DNA of 63,037 nucleotides, counting the filler. It is 8 parts of 8 records of this genome, joined end to end, with 100 filler letters (N's around TTAATTAATTAA, not from the genome) between each part and the next. Parts side by side here need not be neighbours in the genome. Positions count along the whole stretch, not along the records: positions 6,858 to 17,433 come from SRR31156797_36655; positions 17,534 to 24,257 come from SRR31156797_36673; 6 more parts are not named here. The stretch is one strand, 5' to 3'. The notes under the pieces were generated by a model that did not search any database, was not told where the DNA came from, and saw only the letters and a program-made list of their open reading frames with translations. Shown here piece after piece: positions 10,931 through 20,995 of this stretch (positions are counted from its first letter, which is position 1; every line of letters starts with the position of its first letter). A program made the translations under genes and the position numbers.

Positions 10931-12406
10931 TTAAACTGCCTCCGTCCAGTTGCAGTACTTGCACTTGTAATCAAAGTAGTTGGCTGCACAGAACTTGCAG
11001 GTACGTGCAGGAGAATGTGGTTCTGTCCTATGCAGTGCAATGATGTTGGTCAGCATGGTGGCTGTGACCGGTTCACTTGTCAGCAGACATGGGAAATCAG
11101 CCAGACGCATGAGTGCAGAGAACCTGACAGTGATAGCACATGCAGGATACGTGTAACGCTGTGGGTTATTGAGAACCTCGTTCTTTTCTATAGGACTCAG
11201 GTCAACCGGGATGCCCTGTACCTTACCACCCATACCCCTTGGCTTGTGGTCTATGATACGCTCACCCTTTTCGATAAGGTCGATGAAGTCCACATTGTGG
11301 AGCTCAGCTGCTGCACCTCTTGTAGGGTTGTTCAATACAAGATTGTGGAATCTCTTCACCAGCAGGTCGAGTACCATCATGGTGGTGAAACCGTCCATCC
11401 ACAGAATCTTGGTTGTTGCTGCAGCAGCAGCATCGGTAGCAATTGTCAGTGGGGAATATTCATCCTTGAACTTACCCATTGCATTGTTCATCGTACCGTC
11501 CATGACATCTGTTACTGCATTGATAACAGCCATGACAACATCATCCTTTGTCATGTTGAACATAGACTGGGATATGTGATGGGCAACATCACCAACACCA
11601 TATGCAGGTACAGTGACAATGTTACCGTAGAATACATCTGCATCCATAGCAGCCTTAATTGTTGATTTCATCCTGTCCTTATACTGGCTCATATACTTCT
11701 TAACATCAAAAGATGTGTGACCTGCCTCGTCCATGAGCTTGGCCTGAGCAGCCATTGGTGAATCATAGACCATCTTAAGCATCTCGATCTCTTGTGCGGT
11801 CGCCTCCGCGGGTGTCTTACCATTCTCTATTGCAGCCTGGAATTTAGCACCAATACCATATGAGGTATTCATTCCCCATGACTTTGAGGCAAGTATGGCA
11901 CGCTTGTGGTCCACTGGAATGTCGGTCTTCTGCAATATCCTGTTGACCACATTACTTGTACTGCCAGGGACGAATGCGAAGTCCACAACACAGGTAGGAC
12001 CGTAGAATCCTGCATACCTTCTCATCGATTCTTTTCCTATCAATGCCTCCGATCTACCTATTCTGTCAATGAATTTCTCTACCGAGGTCCTGAAAGCAGG
12101 ATCTTCCTCGTAAAGAATGTCCATTATGGGAGGCGTCTGATAGTGTTCAACGAATGGATCATCCTCAGGCTTTACACTATCAGTTAAGCCGGAGAGTACC
12201 TCAAAGTGCGTGTTCACTGAATTGATGTGCAGGTCAAAGACCTCTTTACATTGCTCTCCTTTAGGTTCCATTTTGTTTACTGCATCAACGTAAGGTCTTG
12301 CATCCTCTACCTTGAAAGCGGTACCTCTTTTCTTGTTTATAGTACTTACAACAGCCTTCTGTGCATTCATTGCCTCTGTAGCCATTTTGTCATATATTTC
12401 TTTCAT
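10931..12406 (-). CDS. DUF2193-like conserved methanogen protein with C-terminal CxxC-x8-CxxC
   Basis: PEDDPFVEHYQTP, YGPTCVVDFA, SKSWGMNTSYG and GDVAHHISQS motifs recalled from DUF2193. Start MKEIY follows a GGGGT RBS. Confidence 0.8.
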   Translation of the reverse strand: MKEIYDKMATEAMNAQKAVVSTINKKRGTAFKVEDARPYVDAVNKMEPKGEQCKEVFDLHINSVNTHFEVLSGLTDSVKPEDDPFVEHYQTPPIMDILYEEDPAFRTSVEKFIDRIGRSEALIGKESMRRYAGFYGPTCVVDFAFVPGSTSNVVNRILQKTDIPVDHKRAILASKSWGMNTSYGIGAKFQAAIENGKTPAEATAQEIEMLKMVYDSPMAAQAKLMDEAGHTSFDVKKYMSQYKDRMKSTIKAAMDADVFYGNIVTVPAYGVGDVAHHISQSMFNMTKDDVVMAVINAVTDVMDGTMNNAMGKFKDEYSPLTIATDAAAAATTKILWMDGFTTMMVLDLLVKRFHNLVLNNPTRGAAAELHNVDFIDLIEKGERIIDHKPRGMGGKVQGIPVDLSPIEKNEVLNNPQRYTYPACAITVRFSALMRLADFPCLLTSEPVTATMLTNIIALHRTEPHSPARTCKFCAANYFDYKCKYCNWTEAV

Positions 12407-12705
12407 GTTTACCCCTTTATTCAACTGAAAGTGCACAAGCATAGCTGGCAGACGTATGATCAAATAAAAAAGATATAAAAAGAACACGAGAAAGACACAA
12501 CTATAGCTAAAGCTCCCCGATCCTTATCCTATAAACTACCTGCCCGAAAGATATGTCACTCCATTTAACATTCAGAAGTTATGCATGATAAAGATTTCCA
12601 AACTAAAATAAAATTAAATAAAGTTTACGCATTGCTACAACAAATTCTGATTTATCAAGTAGAGAATATATTCTGAAACCCAGATGATCATGATGGTATA
12701 TCTTT

Positions 12706-12744
12706 AAAAAAGAAAATAGTGGAGTGGCATGAAAACATGCCACT
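12706..12744 (-). terminator. Hairpin plus T-rich tract downstream of trpB2
   Basis: Perfect agtggcatg-aaaa-catgccact inverted repeat with T-runs on both flanks. Confidence 0.6.
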
Positions 12745-12770
12745 GATGTTTTTTTGAGTGTGTTCCTATT

Positions 12771-14069
12771 TCAGTCGTTGCTCAGCTCACCGCTGAAGTA
12801 CTTGTCATAGGATCCCATGTCGAAGTGACCGTGACCACTGAGGTTGAACAGGATAGTCTTCTCTTCTCCGGTTTCCTTACATTTGAGTGCTTCATCAATT
12901 GCAGATTTGATAGCATGTGCTGATTCCGGTGCAGGAGCAATTCCTTCACTGCGGGCAAACATCACTGCTGCATCGAATACCTCGATCTGATGGTATGAGG
13001 TTGCTTCCATGATACCTTCTGCTACTATTTTGCTGATGATCGGTGATACACCGTGGTACCTGAGACCTCCTGCATGGATTGCAGGTGGTATGAATTCAGA
13101 TCCAAGTGTGTACATCTTCAAAAGTGGTGTCTGCTGTGCCATGTCACCAAAGTCATACTTGAACTCACCTGATGTGAGGGTTGGACATGCGGATGGTTCT
13201 ACTGCAATGAACCTTGTGTCTGTCTTGCCTGCAAGATTATCTCTTATGTATGGGAGAGCGACACCAGCAAGGTTACTTCCACCGCCACAGCATCCGATGA
13301 CAATGTCCGGATAGTCCTCGGTCTTAGCGAACTGTGCCTGGGTCTCGAGACCTACAACGGTCTGGTGCAGACTGGTGTGGTTAAGCACACTGCCAAGTGC
13401 ATACTTGGTGTTGTCATTAAGTGCTGCTTCCTCGATTGCTTCACTGATGGCTATACCAAGACTGCCTGTTGTGTCAGGATACATTTCCCTGATCTTTCTT
13501 CCGAACTGTGTCTCGGTACTTGGAGATGGAACTACAGTTGCTCCCCAGAGATTAATAAGTGACTTACGGTATGGTTTCTGGTAGAAGCTTGAGCTTACCA
13601 TGTAGACCTTACATTCCATGTCAAAATAGTTACAGCAAAGTGATAATGAACTACCCCACTGGCCGGCACCTGTTTCGGTTGTGATCCTTTCGGTTCCTTC
13701 CTTCATATTATAGTATGCCTGTGCAATGGCGGTGTTTGGTTTGTGGCTTCCTGCAGGGCTGACACTTTCGTTCTTGTAGTAGATCTTTGCAGGTGTTCCA
13801 AGTGCCTTTTCAAGCCTGTGTGCCCTGTACAGAGGTGATGGTCTCCAGAGTGTGTATATTTCCCGTATTTCCTCAGGAATGTCAATGTATCTCTTGGAGC
13901 TGATCTCCTGGCTGATAAGTTCCTTTGCAAATATAGGCTCAAGGTCCTTGGGATCCATTGGCTCATTAGTTGCCGGATTCAATGGTGGCTCCACCGGAAG
14001 GTCAGCAAGTATGTTATACCACTGTTTTGGCATCTCATTTTCATCAAGTAAAATCTTTGTATGATCCAT
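12771..14069 (-). CDS. trpB2: TrpB-like PLP enzyme (tryptophan synthase beta chain 2)
   Basis: GSHKPN (PLP Lys), [26 protein letters not shown] and NLSGHG motifs; stands alone outside a trp operon. Confidence 0.95.
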   Translation of the reverse strand: MDHTKILLDENEMPKQWYNILADLPVEPPLNPATNEPMDPKDLEPIFAKELISQEISSKRYIDIPEEIREIYTLWRPSPLYRAHRLEKALGTPAKIYYKNESVSPAGSHKPNTAIAQAYYNMKEGTERITTETGAGQWGSSLSLCCNYFDMECKVYMVSSSFYQKPYRKSLINLWGATVVPSPSTETQFGRKIREMYPDTTGSLGIAISEAIEEAALNDNTKYALGSVLNHTSLHQTVVGLETQAQFAKTEDYPDIVIGCCGGGSNLAGVALPYIRDNLAGKTDTRFIAVEPSACPTLTSGEFKYDFGDMAQQTPLLKMYTLGSEFIPPAIHAGGLRYHGVSPIISKIVAEGIMEATSYHQIEVFDAAVMFARSEGIAPAPESAHAIKSAIDEALKCKETGEEKTILFNLSGHGHFDMGSYDKYFSGELSND

Positions 14070-14431
14070 AGTTATACCTCTGTAAAAAGGGAATCGATAA
14101 TGTATATGTGAGTACATTTTGGTCTATTTAATGGTTTTGATTTGTGAGGGAATGTGTTAACTGGATTAGTTTTGAAAATGATGTGTAAATTTGGATATGC
14201 ATGGTATTTAGGAAGGTAAGGGATCACTGGTTTTGACATGGATAATGAATAATAATATTTTTTAGTTTTGTTTATTTGGGATAACTATAAGACTAAATTA
14301 TTAATTGATCCATTCAAATTTTAGCAAATGATATATGCTAACAACTATATTTTAGTTTAAAAGATAGTTTATTTTAATTATCATTGTCATTAACAAGATA
14401 ATTAACGATTCAAATAACGAAGGCATTGATA

Positions 14432-16138
14432 ATGACTGATACTGAACAGGAATTTTTTAAGGATTTTGAAACTAAGCTCTGGAAAGCCGCAGATAAACTT
14501 CGCTCAAATATGGATGCAGCTAACTATAAACATGTAGTATTAGGCTTAATTTTCCTGAAGTATGTGTCTGATGCTTTTGAAGAACGACAGAATGAGCTTA
14601 TTGAGTTATTCAAAAAGGATGACGATGAGAATATCTATTATCTCCCTCGTGATGACTATTCCAGTGATGATGAATATCAGAGGGCGATTGCTGATGAGCT
14701 GGAGATAAGGGATTATTATGCTGAGAAGAATGTTTTCTGGGTGCCAAAGACTGCACGCTGGGAAATTCTTAAAGAAAAAAGTGTCCTTCCACTCAATACT
14801 GTTATCTGGGAAAATGAACAGGGCGAGGATGTTAAGTTAAAGTCAGTTTCATGGCTTATTGATAATGCTCTGGATGAGATAGAGAAAGCTAATCCAAAAC
14901 TTAAAGGTATTCTGAACAGGATAGGACAATACCAGCTAGATTCTGAGAAACTTATAGGACTTATTAATAATTTCAGCAATACTCGTTTCCATGACCCGGA
15001 ATTCAACGGTGAGAAGTTAAACCTTAAATCAAAGGATATACTCGGTCATGTTTATGAGTATTTCCTGGGTCAGTTCGCACTTGCTGAAGGAAAGCAGGGT
15101 GGGCAATATTACACACCAAAGGCCATTGTTACTTTGATAGTTGAGATGCTGGAGCCTTATATGGGTCGTGTTTATGATCCTGCCATGGGAAGCGGTGGTT
15201 TCTTTGTTTCCAGCGATAAGTTTATCGAAAGCCATGCCGGCTTGAAGCATTATGATGCTGCCGAGCAGAAAAAACAGATCTCTGTATATGGTCAGGAGTC
15301 AAACCCGACCACATGGAAACTAGCTGCTATGAATATGGCTATTCGTGGCATTGATTTTAATTTCGGCAAGAAGAATGCAGATTCCTTCCTTGATGACCAG
15401 CATCCGGACCTGCGTGCTGATTTTGTGATGGCGAACCCCCCTTTTAATATGAAGGAGTGGTGGCATGAAAAGCTGGAGGGAGATCCACGATGGAAATATG
15501 GCACACCACCTAAGAATAATGCTAACTTTGCGTGGATGCAGCACATGCTGCACCACCTTGCTCCAACAGGAAGTATGGCGCTCCTTCTTGCCAATGGTTC
15601 CATGAGCAGTAATACCAATAATGAAGGTACGATACGAAAATCTCTTGTGGAGAATGATATCGTGGAGTGCATGGTCGCACTGCCGGGCCAGTTGTTCACC
15701 AATACCCAGATTCCTGCTTGTATCTGGTTCCTGACAAAGGATAAGTCTGCAAAGGATGGGAAAAGGGACAGACAGGGTGAGATTCTCTTCATTGATGCTC
15801 GTAATCTTGGATTTATGAAGGACCGTGTTCTGCGTGATTTTAAGGATGAAGATATACAGAAAATAGCAGAGACTTTCCACAAATGGCAACAGGAATGGAC
15901 TGAGGATGACAATGTGCCTGGATTCTGCTTTTCAGCAGACCCTGAGATTATCAAAAAGCATGATTTTGTTTTGACTCCCGGACGTTATGTTGGTGCGGAA
16001 GCAGAAGAGGATGACGGGATTCCATTTGCTGAAAAGATGACAACACTTACTGGCAAATTGAAGACACAGTTTGAAGAGAGTGATAGGCTGGAGGCTGAGA
16101 TTCGGAAGAATCTGGCTGGTTTGGGTTTTGAGATTTAA
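14432..16138 (+). CDS. hsdM: Type I restriction-modification methyltransferase subunit M
   Basis: LWKAADKLR N-terminus, GQYYTP, DPAMGSGGF (motif I), ANPPFN (motif IV, N6-adenine) and LTPGRYV. Confidence 0.95.
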   Translation: MTDTEQEFFKDFETKLWKAADKLRSNMDAANYKHVVLGLIFLKYVSDAFEERQNELIELFKKDDDENIYYLPRDDYSSDDEYQRAIADELEIRDYYAEKNVFWVPKTARWEILKEKSVLPLNTVIWENEQGEDVKLKSVSWLIDNALDEIEKANPKLKGILNRIGQYQLDSEKLIGLINNFSNTRFHDPEFNGEKLNLKSKDILGHVYEYFLGQFALAEGKQGGQYYTPKAIVTLIVEMLEPYMGRVYDPAMGSGGFFVSSDKFIESHAGLKHYDAAEQKKQISVYGQESNPTTWKLAAMNMAIRGIDFNFGKKNADSFLDDQHPDLRADFVMANPPFNMKEWWHEKLEGDPRWKYGTPPKNNANFAWMQHMLHHLAPTGSMALLLANGSMSSNTNNEGTIRKSLVENDIVECMVALPGQLFTNTQIPACIWFLTKDKSAKDGKRDRQGEILFIDARNLGFMKDRVLRDFKDEDIQKIAETFHKWQQEWTEDDNVPGFCFSADPEIIKKHDFVLTPGRYVGAEAEEDDGIPFAEKMTTLTGKLKTQFEESDRLEAEIRKNLAGLGFEI

Positions 16139-16184
16139 GACTTAAAATTAGATATCATTTTGCTTTTAGCAGGAAATATTGAAT

Positions 16185-17433
16185 ATGGATAAAACAGAAC
16201 TGTTCAACCGGCTCGAAGAGCTTGAATGGGAAGATTTTGAGGTTAAAGAGGCGAAGTCTTCAATTCCAAAGAGCAGTTTTGAAACGGTTAGTGCTTTCTC
16301 CAATACAAATGGTGGTTGGCTTGTTTTTGGAGTTAAGCAACTGAATAAGACTTTCAAGATCACTGGTGTTGATGATGCTGAAAAAATCGAACAGGATTTT
16401 ACCACAGTTCTTCGGGGAGAGAAGTTCAACCAGAAGATCAGGGTCAGGAGTTTGAAGTACGATTTTGATGGAAAAATTGTGCTTAGCTTTTATGTTCCTG
16501 CGTCTGAGCAGAAACCTGTTTATTTCAATTCAAGAAAAAATACGTTTATACGAACCGGTAGCGGAGATCAGCGTGCAACGGATGTTGAGATCGATGCTAT
16601 GTACAGGGATTCTTCCTTTGGTTTGAAGGATAAGGAACTTACTGAGTTTACTATTGATGATCTGGACGAGAGAACGATATCTGATTACAGAACTTATCTT
16701 GAGAATGTGAATCCTGAACACAGGTATAACAAGTTATCAACGGAAAGGTTGCTGGAAAAGTTGCAGGTTATAGTCGATGGAAAAGTCACCATCGGCGGTT
16801 TGCTGGTTTTTGGCAATGAGGATAACATCAACCGTATGCTTACTGATTTCCGGGTTGATTATCTTGAGATCATGGGTACGTCATATTCCGATGCTCCGAC
16901 CAGATACAATTACAGGCTCTATGAAGAAGAGAATCTGTTCCGCTTCTATTTCAGCATTTTTGAACGCCTGATGAAGAAGATAGACCTGCCGTTCACGCTG
17001 CGAGCAGATGGTTTTGCTACGGATAGCCAGCCCCAGCTTGTCGCTATCCGTGAAGCTCTTGTGAACCTTCTGATGCATTCCGATTATTTCAGCCCTATGA
17101 AGCCAAGGATAAGAGTCTTCCTTGACAGGATAGAGTTCTTAAATCCCGGCAGCCTCCCAAAAGATATCGAATCCATCATGAAAGAAGATTTCACGATGCC
17201 AAGGAACCCAATTATCACAAGGATCTTCAGGGTCATCAAACTCTCGGAAAATGCAGGTTCCGGTTTTGACAAAATGTTCAGCGGCTGGAAGTCCTACTAC
17301 GAAACCGAACCTGAAGTTTCAAACGATGTGGATTTCTACAAGATCACCTTCCCACTGGTAAAAGACACTGCGTCGGAGAAAACGTCGGAGGAAGTGTCGG
17401 AGAAAACTAGGGAAGAAACTAGGGAAGAAACTA
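16185..17433 (+). CDS. AlbA_2/Schlafen-like domain plus HATPase_c_4 protein (RecG-like ATP-binding regulator), 3'-truncated
   Basis: EDFEVKEA...SAFSNTNGGWLVFGV (AlbA_2) and REALVNLLMHSDY, NPG, RNP, ENAGSG (HATPase_c_4). Confidence 0.88.
17370..17433 (+). repeat. In-frame 12-bp tandem repeat (ASEK/TSEE/VSEK/TREE/TREE)
   Basis: gcgtcggagaaa acgtcggaggaa gtgtcggagaaa actagggaagaa actagggaagaa acta, running into the contig end. Confidence 0.85.
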
Positions 17434-17533
17434 NNNNNNNNNNNNNNNNNNNNNNNNNNNNNNNNNNNNNNNNNNNNTTAATTAATTAANNNNNNNNNNN
17501 NNNNNNNNNNNNNNNNNNNNNNNNNNNNNNNNN
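17434..17533. other. Artificial contig spacer
   Basis: N44-TTAATTAATTAA-N44. Confidence 0.99.
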
Positions 17534-17593
17534 CATAAAGGAAATTGAATCAGGAACAAAGGTAATTGTGCGTTCAGAATGAATGCATGAACG

Positions 17594-18352
17594 TTATTTT
17601 GTTTGTTCCTTTACAAGTGATTTTAAGATTCTTTCACGTATGGCATTTGCCTCAAGACTGGTCCTGTCACGGGGTCTTGGAAGATCAATGTCGATTATCT
17701 CTTTGATTTTACCCGGACGGGCACTCATCATTACGATTTTATCAGCAAGGAAAACCGCCTCATCCACACTATGAGTCACAAAAACTATTGTGATATTGTT
17801 TTGCTCCCATATTTCAAGTAGTTCCTGCTGGAGAATGTTTCGTGTTTGTGCATCCAGTGCACCAAATGGTTCATCCATAAGAAGGACCGAGGGTTCATTT
17901 GCAAGTGCCCTTGCTATGGCCACCCTTTGTTTCATACCACCTGAAAGTTCATAGGGATAACTATTCCTGAACTGCTGCAGCCCGACAAGTTCAAGGTATT
18001 TTTCAGCATCTTCAAGTGCATCTTTCTTTTTGATTCCCTGCATTTGAGGACCAAAGATTATGTTATCCATAACGGTTTTCCATGGGAATAAGGAGTATTC
18101 CTGAAAGACCATACCCCTGTCAGGACCAGGTGATTCTATTTTTTCATCATCAAGAAATACTTCTCCATCATCCGGTTTATCAAGACCGGAGATTATTCTT
18201 AGCAGAGTTGTTTTTCCACAACCTGACGGACCGATAAAACAGACAAAATCTCCGTCGTCAACTTCCATGCTTACATTATCCAGTGCAAGTGTGGAAGTTT
18301 CATCGTCCTTTTCAAATTTTCTGGAAACATTGACAACTTTTACTTTGCCCAT
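17594..18352 (-). CDS. NitT/TauT/SsuB-type ABC transporter ATP-binding subunit
   Basis: GPSGCGKT, LSGGMKQR, LLMDEPFGALD, FVTH and LPRPR. Confidence 0.95.
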   Translation of the reverse strand: MGKVKVVNVSRKFEKDDETSTLALDNVSMEVDDGDFVCFIGPSGCGKTTLLRIISGLDKPDDGEVFLDDEKIESPGPDRGMVFQEYSLFPWKTVMDNIIFGPQMQGIKKKDALEDAEKYLELVGLQQFRNSYPYELSGGMKQRVAIARALANEPSVLLMDEPFGALDAQTRNILQQELLEIWEQNNITIVFVTHSVDEAVFLADKIVMMSARPGKIKEIIDIDLPRPRDRTSLEANAIRERILKSLVKEQTK

Positions 18353-19179
18353 TATATCACAACTCCCTCACGCCATTTCAGAAGCTTCCCATCAATTATG
18401 TAACGCAGCACCCTGTCAATTAAAAGACCCAGGAAACCGAGAAGTAACATGTAGACAAGTACAAGATCCATGTTATGCAGATAATAGTGATGCCAGATCT
18501 TGTAACCAAGACCATTCCTGCTCACACCGAACATCTCCGCAGCCACAAGACACATCCACCCAACTCCCATTGCAATCCTGATGCCGGCCGCTATGGAAGG
18601 AAGAGCAGAAGGAAGGGCAACATACCGTATCAGTTCACGATTGGTGTTACAACCAAGCACCTTTGCAGCTTCTACATACACACGTGATACACTCTTAAAA
18701 CCTGTAAAAGTGTTTATTATGATAGGGAAAACAGCACCGATAAATATCAGAAAACCGGCTGCTAAAGGATTCAGACCTATCCATATTATAGCAAAAGGTA
18801 TCCATGCAAGAGGTGGAATAGGGCGTATGATCTCTATCAATGGATCAACAATACGATCAATTGCACGGAACCAACCCATGATCATGCCAACAGGAATACC
18901 TATAGCCAGGGCAGAAATAAGTCCGATCCAGAAATGAATGAGACTATAAAACAGATCTACAAACAAAATAGGAAGCCTGTAGTCAAGTCCCATAAATCCC
19001 AATTTCGTATCCTTAAATATAATATCATTAAAGGCAAAGGCAACATCCGTAAAACTTGGAAGGAAGAACTCATTCTTAACAACATACACTGCAATGATCT
19101 GCCAGAGAATTATTGCAGAACATATTGATATTATTTCTACGTTTTTTCCGCCCAAAATCCGGGAATGTTTTTTCGCCAT
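18352..19179 (-). CDS. NitT/TauT-type ABC transporter permease
   Basis: RPIPPLAWIP, EAA motif (EAAKVLG), LVAAEM. Confidence 0.95.
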   Translation of the reverse strand: MAKKHSRILGGKNVEIISICSAIILWQIIAVYVVKNEFFLPSFTDVAFAFNDIIFKDTKLGFMGLDYRLPILFVDLFYSLIHFWIGLISALAIGIPVGMIMGWFRAIDRIVDPLIEIIRPIPPLAWIPFAIIWIGLNPLAAGFLIFIGAVFPIIINTFTGFKSVSRVYVEAAKVLGCNTNRELIRYVALPSALPSIAAGIRIAMGVGWMCLVAAEMFGVSRNGLGYKIWHHYYLHNMDLVLVYMLLLGFLGLLIDRVLRYIIDGKLLKWREGVVI

Positions 19180-19270
19180 GGATCCTCCTGATAAGTGGAA
19201 ATCTATTACTTTGAACAGATTATAGAAATGCCCACTTAATATTTAAATTAGTATCAAAAAAAGAAAAAAA

Positions 19271-20296
19271 TTATTGATCCAGAGCTTCATAGAAGCTCAG
19301 ATCAAATATATCATCCTCTGTTAGATTGCTTTCAATGTAACCAAGTTCATACTGTACCTGTGCATAATCCACTGTAGAATTTACAATAGGAGCAGGATCT
19401 GCTATCCAGGAACCATCCCATTCACTCAGGGACAATTTTACAAGCTCAATATCCCAGTCCTGGTCATCAGCAAATATCTGTGCTGCTTCATCCAGGTTCT
19501 CAGAATTGTATTCTGTTGCCTTAATATGAGTTTCTACTATCTGCTGTACAACATCCGGGTTATTCCTGATAAGATCACCACTTACAGCAACGACACAACA
19601 TGCATGATCCTGAAGCATTTCGCCGGATGTTACTACTGATCTGCCTGCACCTTCACTTTCGATCATTGTTGGTGCCGGATGAGGAAGGAACGCTGCATCT
19701 ATCTGGCCTGCAGAAATTGCAGCCATTGCATCCCCAGGTCCCATGCCAAGAATCTCAACGTCTTCTTCGGAATCAATGTCATTCTCTTTAAGCCAGTCCC
19801 TGAGAATGGTATCCTGAATGGTGCCTGGAGGGAATGTTGCGATCTTAAGTCCCCTGAGGTCTTCAGGACTTTCATATGGCAGGTCTGTGGCGAGAACAAC
19901 ATCTGATCCCTGTATCTGGACTGCAGATACGATCTTTGCATCAAGTCCACTGGCAAGGGCAGATATTACAGGTGCTGCACCAACATATGCAACATCTATA
20001 TCTCCGGCAAGCATTGCCTGCATCTCAGGTGCACCTGTCGGGAAAAGATTATCGTTGATCTCCTCAACTCCATAAGGAGCAAGGTCTTCTTCCCACCATC
20101 CTTTTTCTTTTGCTGTCATATATGCAATCTGATGGGTGCTTGGCTGGTAACCAAAAGTAAGCTCGCTAATTGTTTCTGTCTGTTCTTCTTCCTGATCTGC
20201 TGTCTGTTCAGTGCATCCTGAAATGAATACTGCCGATATCAGAGCAACAATAAAAAATAATGTGGAAGCTGATTTGAGTACTTTCTTGTAATTCAC
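19271..20296 (-). CDS. ABC transporter substrate-binding lipoprotein (SsuA/TauA/NMT1-like)
   Basis: Archaeal lipobox FISGC, GYQPSTHQ, GDIDVAYVG, PGTIQD. Confidence 0.92.
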   Translation of the reverse strand: MNYKKVLKSASTLFFIVALISAVFISGCTEQTADQEEEQTETISELTFGYQPSTHQIAYMTAKEKGWWEEDLAPYGVEEINDNLFPTGAPEMQAMLAGDIDVAYVGAAPVISALASGLDAKIVSAVQIQGSDVVLATDLPYESPEDLRGLKIATFPPGTIQDTILRDWLKENDIDSEEDVEILGMGPGDAMAAISAGQIDAAFLPHPAPTMIESEGAGRSVVTSGEMLQDHACCVVAVSGDLIRNNPDVVQQIVETHIKATEYNSENLDEAAQIFADDQDWDIELVKLSLSEWDGSWIADPAPIVNSTVDYAQVQYELGYIESNLTEDDIFDLSFYEALDQ

Positions 20297-20447
20297 TTTA
20301 CCACCTTAATAAATATTTAGATAAACTGCATGATGAGCCTATATATTATATATATTTCTACATTAAGGAAACTAAATAACCCAAAAGTATTAATTTGATA
20401 ATATCCTTAACCTTAATAGGACATTATCATTATGGGTGTGTAGAAAT

Positions 20448-20969
20448 ATGAGTGCCGCTGAAAAAATAATAGACGCTGTTTTTGAATCAGATGATGATTT
20501 TAGGAAAATCCTTTCTATTACCATAAAAGAAGAACTGAACATGAATCTGGCTGAATTTGCCGAGCAGGCAGATACTCCAGCAAGTACTCTTTACAAAATA
20601 ATGTCTGGAAAACGGGAGCCAAATATCAAAACGCTCAGGCAGATAATAAAAACTGTCAAAAAACTCGAAGGGTCTGAAAAAGGAGAATTCATTGCAGTTA
20701 TTGCTGCCAGACCTGTACTGGACAACATCAATGAAACTAAAAGGAAAATATGCGGAAACCTTTGCACAATAAGAGAGTATTCTGCAACCTCGATGGAAGA
20801 GGCAATAATAGCTGCAGTACGTGCTGAAAGAGATGGAGCAAAAGCTCTAGTGTGTGCGCCAATTGTAAGCCCTACTGTAGAGAAAATATTAAGGATACCC
20901 GTTGCCACAATTATGCCAAGGAACAGTCTTCTGGAAGCTATCGAGCTCGTGGCAAAAAAAATAAACTAA
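20448..20969 (+). CDS. XRE-type HTH transcriptional regulator of methanogens
   Basis: HTH LAEFAEQADTPASTLYKIMSGKREPN and C-terminal VCAPI domain; divergent from the ABC operon. Confidence 0.85.
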   Translation: MSAAEKIIDAVFESDDDFRKILSITIKEELNMNLAEFAEQADTPASTLYKIMSGKREPNIKTLRQIIKTVKKLEGSEKGEFIAVIAARPVLDNINETKRKICGNLCTIREYSATSMEEAIIAAVRAERDGAKALVCAPIVSPTVEKILRIPVATIMPRNSLLEAIELVAKKIN

Positions 20970-20995
20970 TATTTAAAAAAATAAGAAAAAAGAGT

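Noticed and set aside
10882..11040. 53-aa N-terminal extension of the aquaporin in the ORF track
   Set aside because: It overlaps the DUF2193 3' end. The RBS and homology favour the ATG at 10881.
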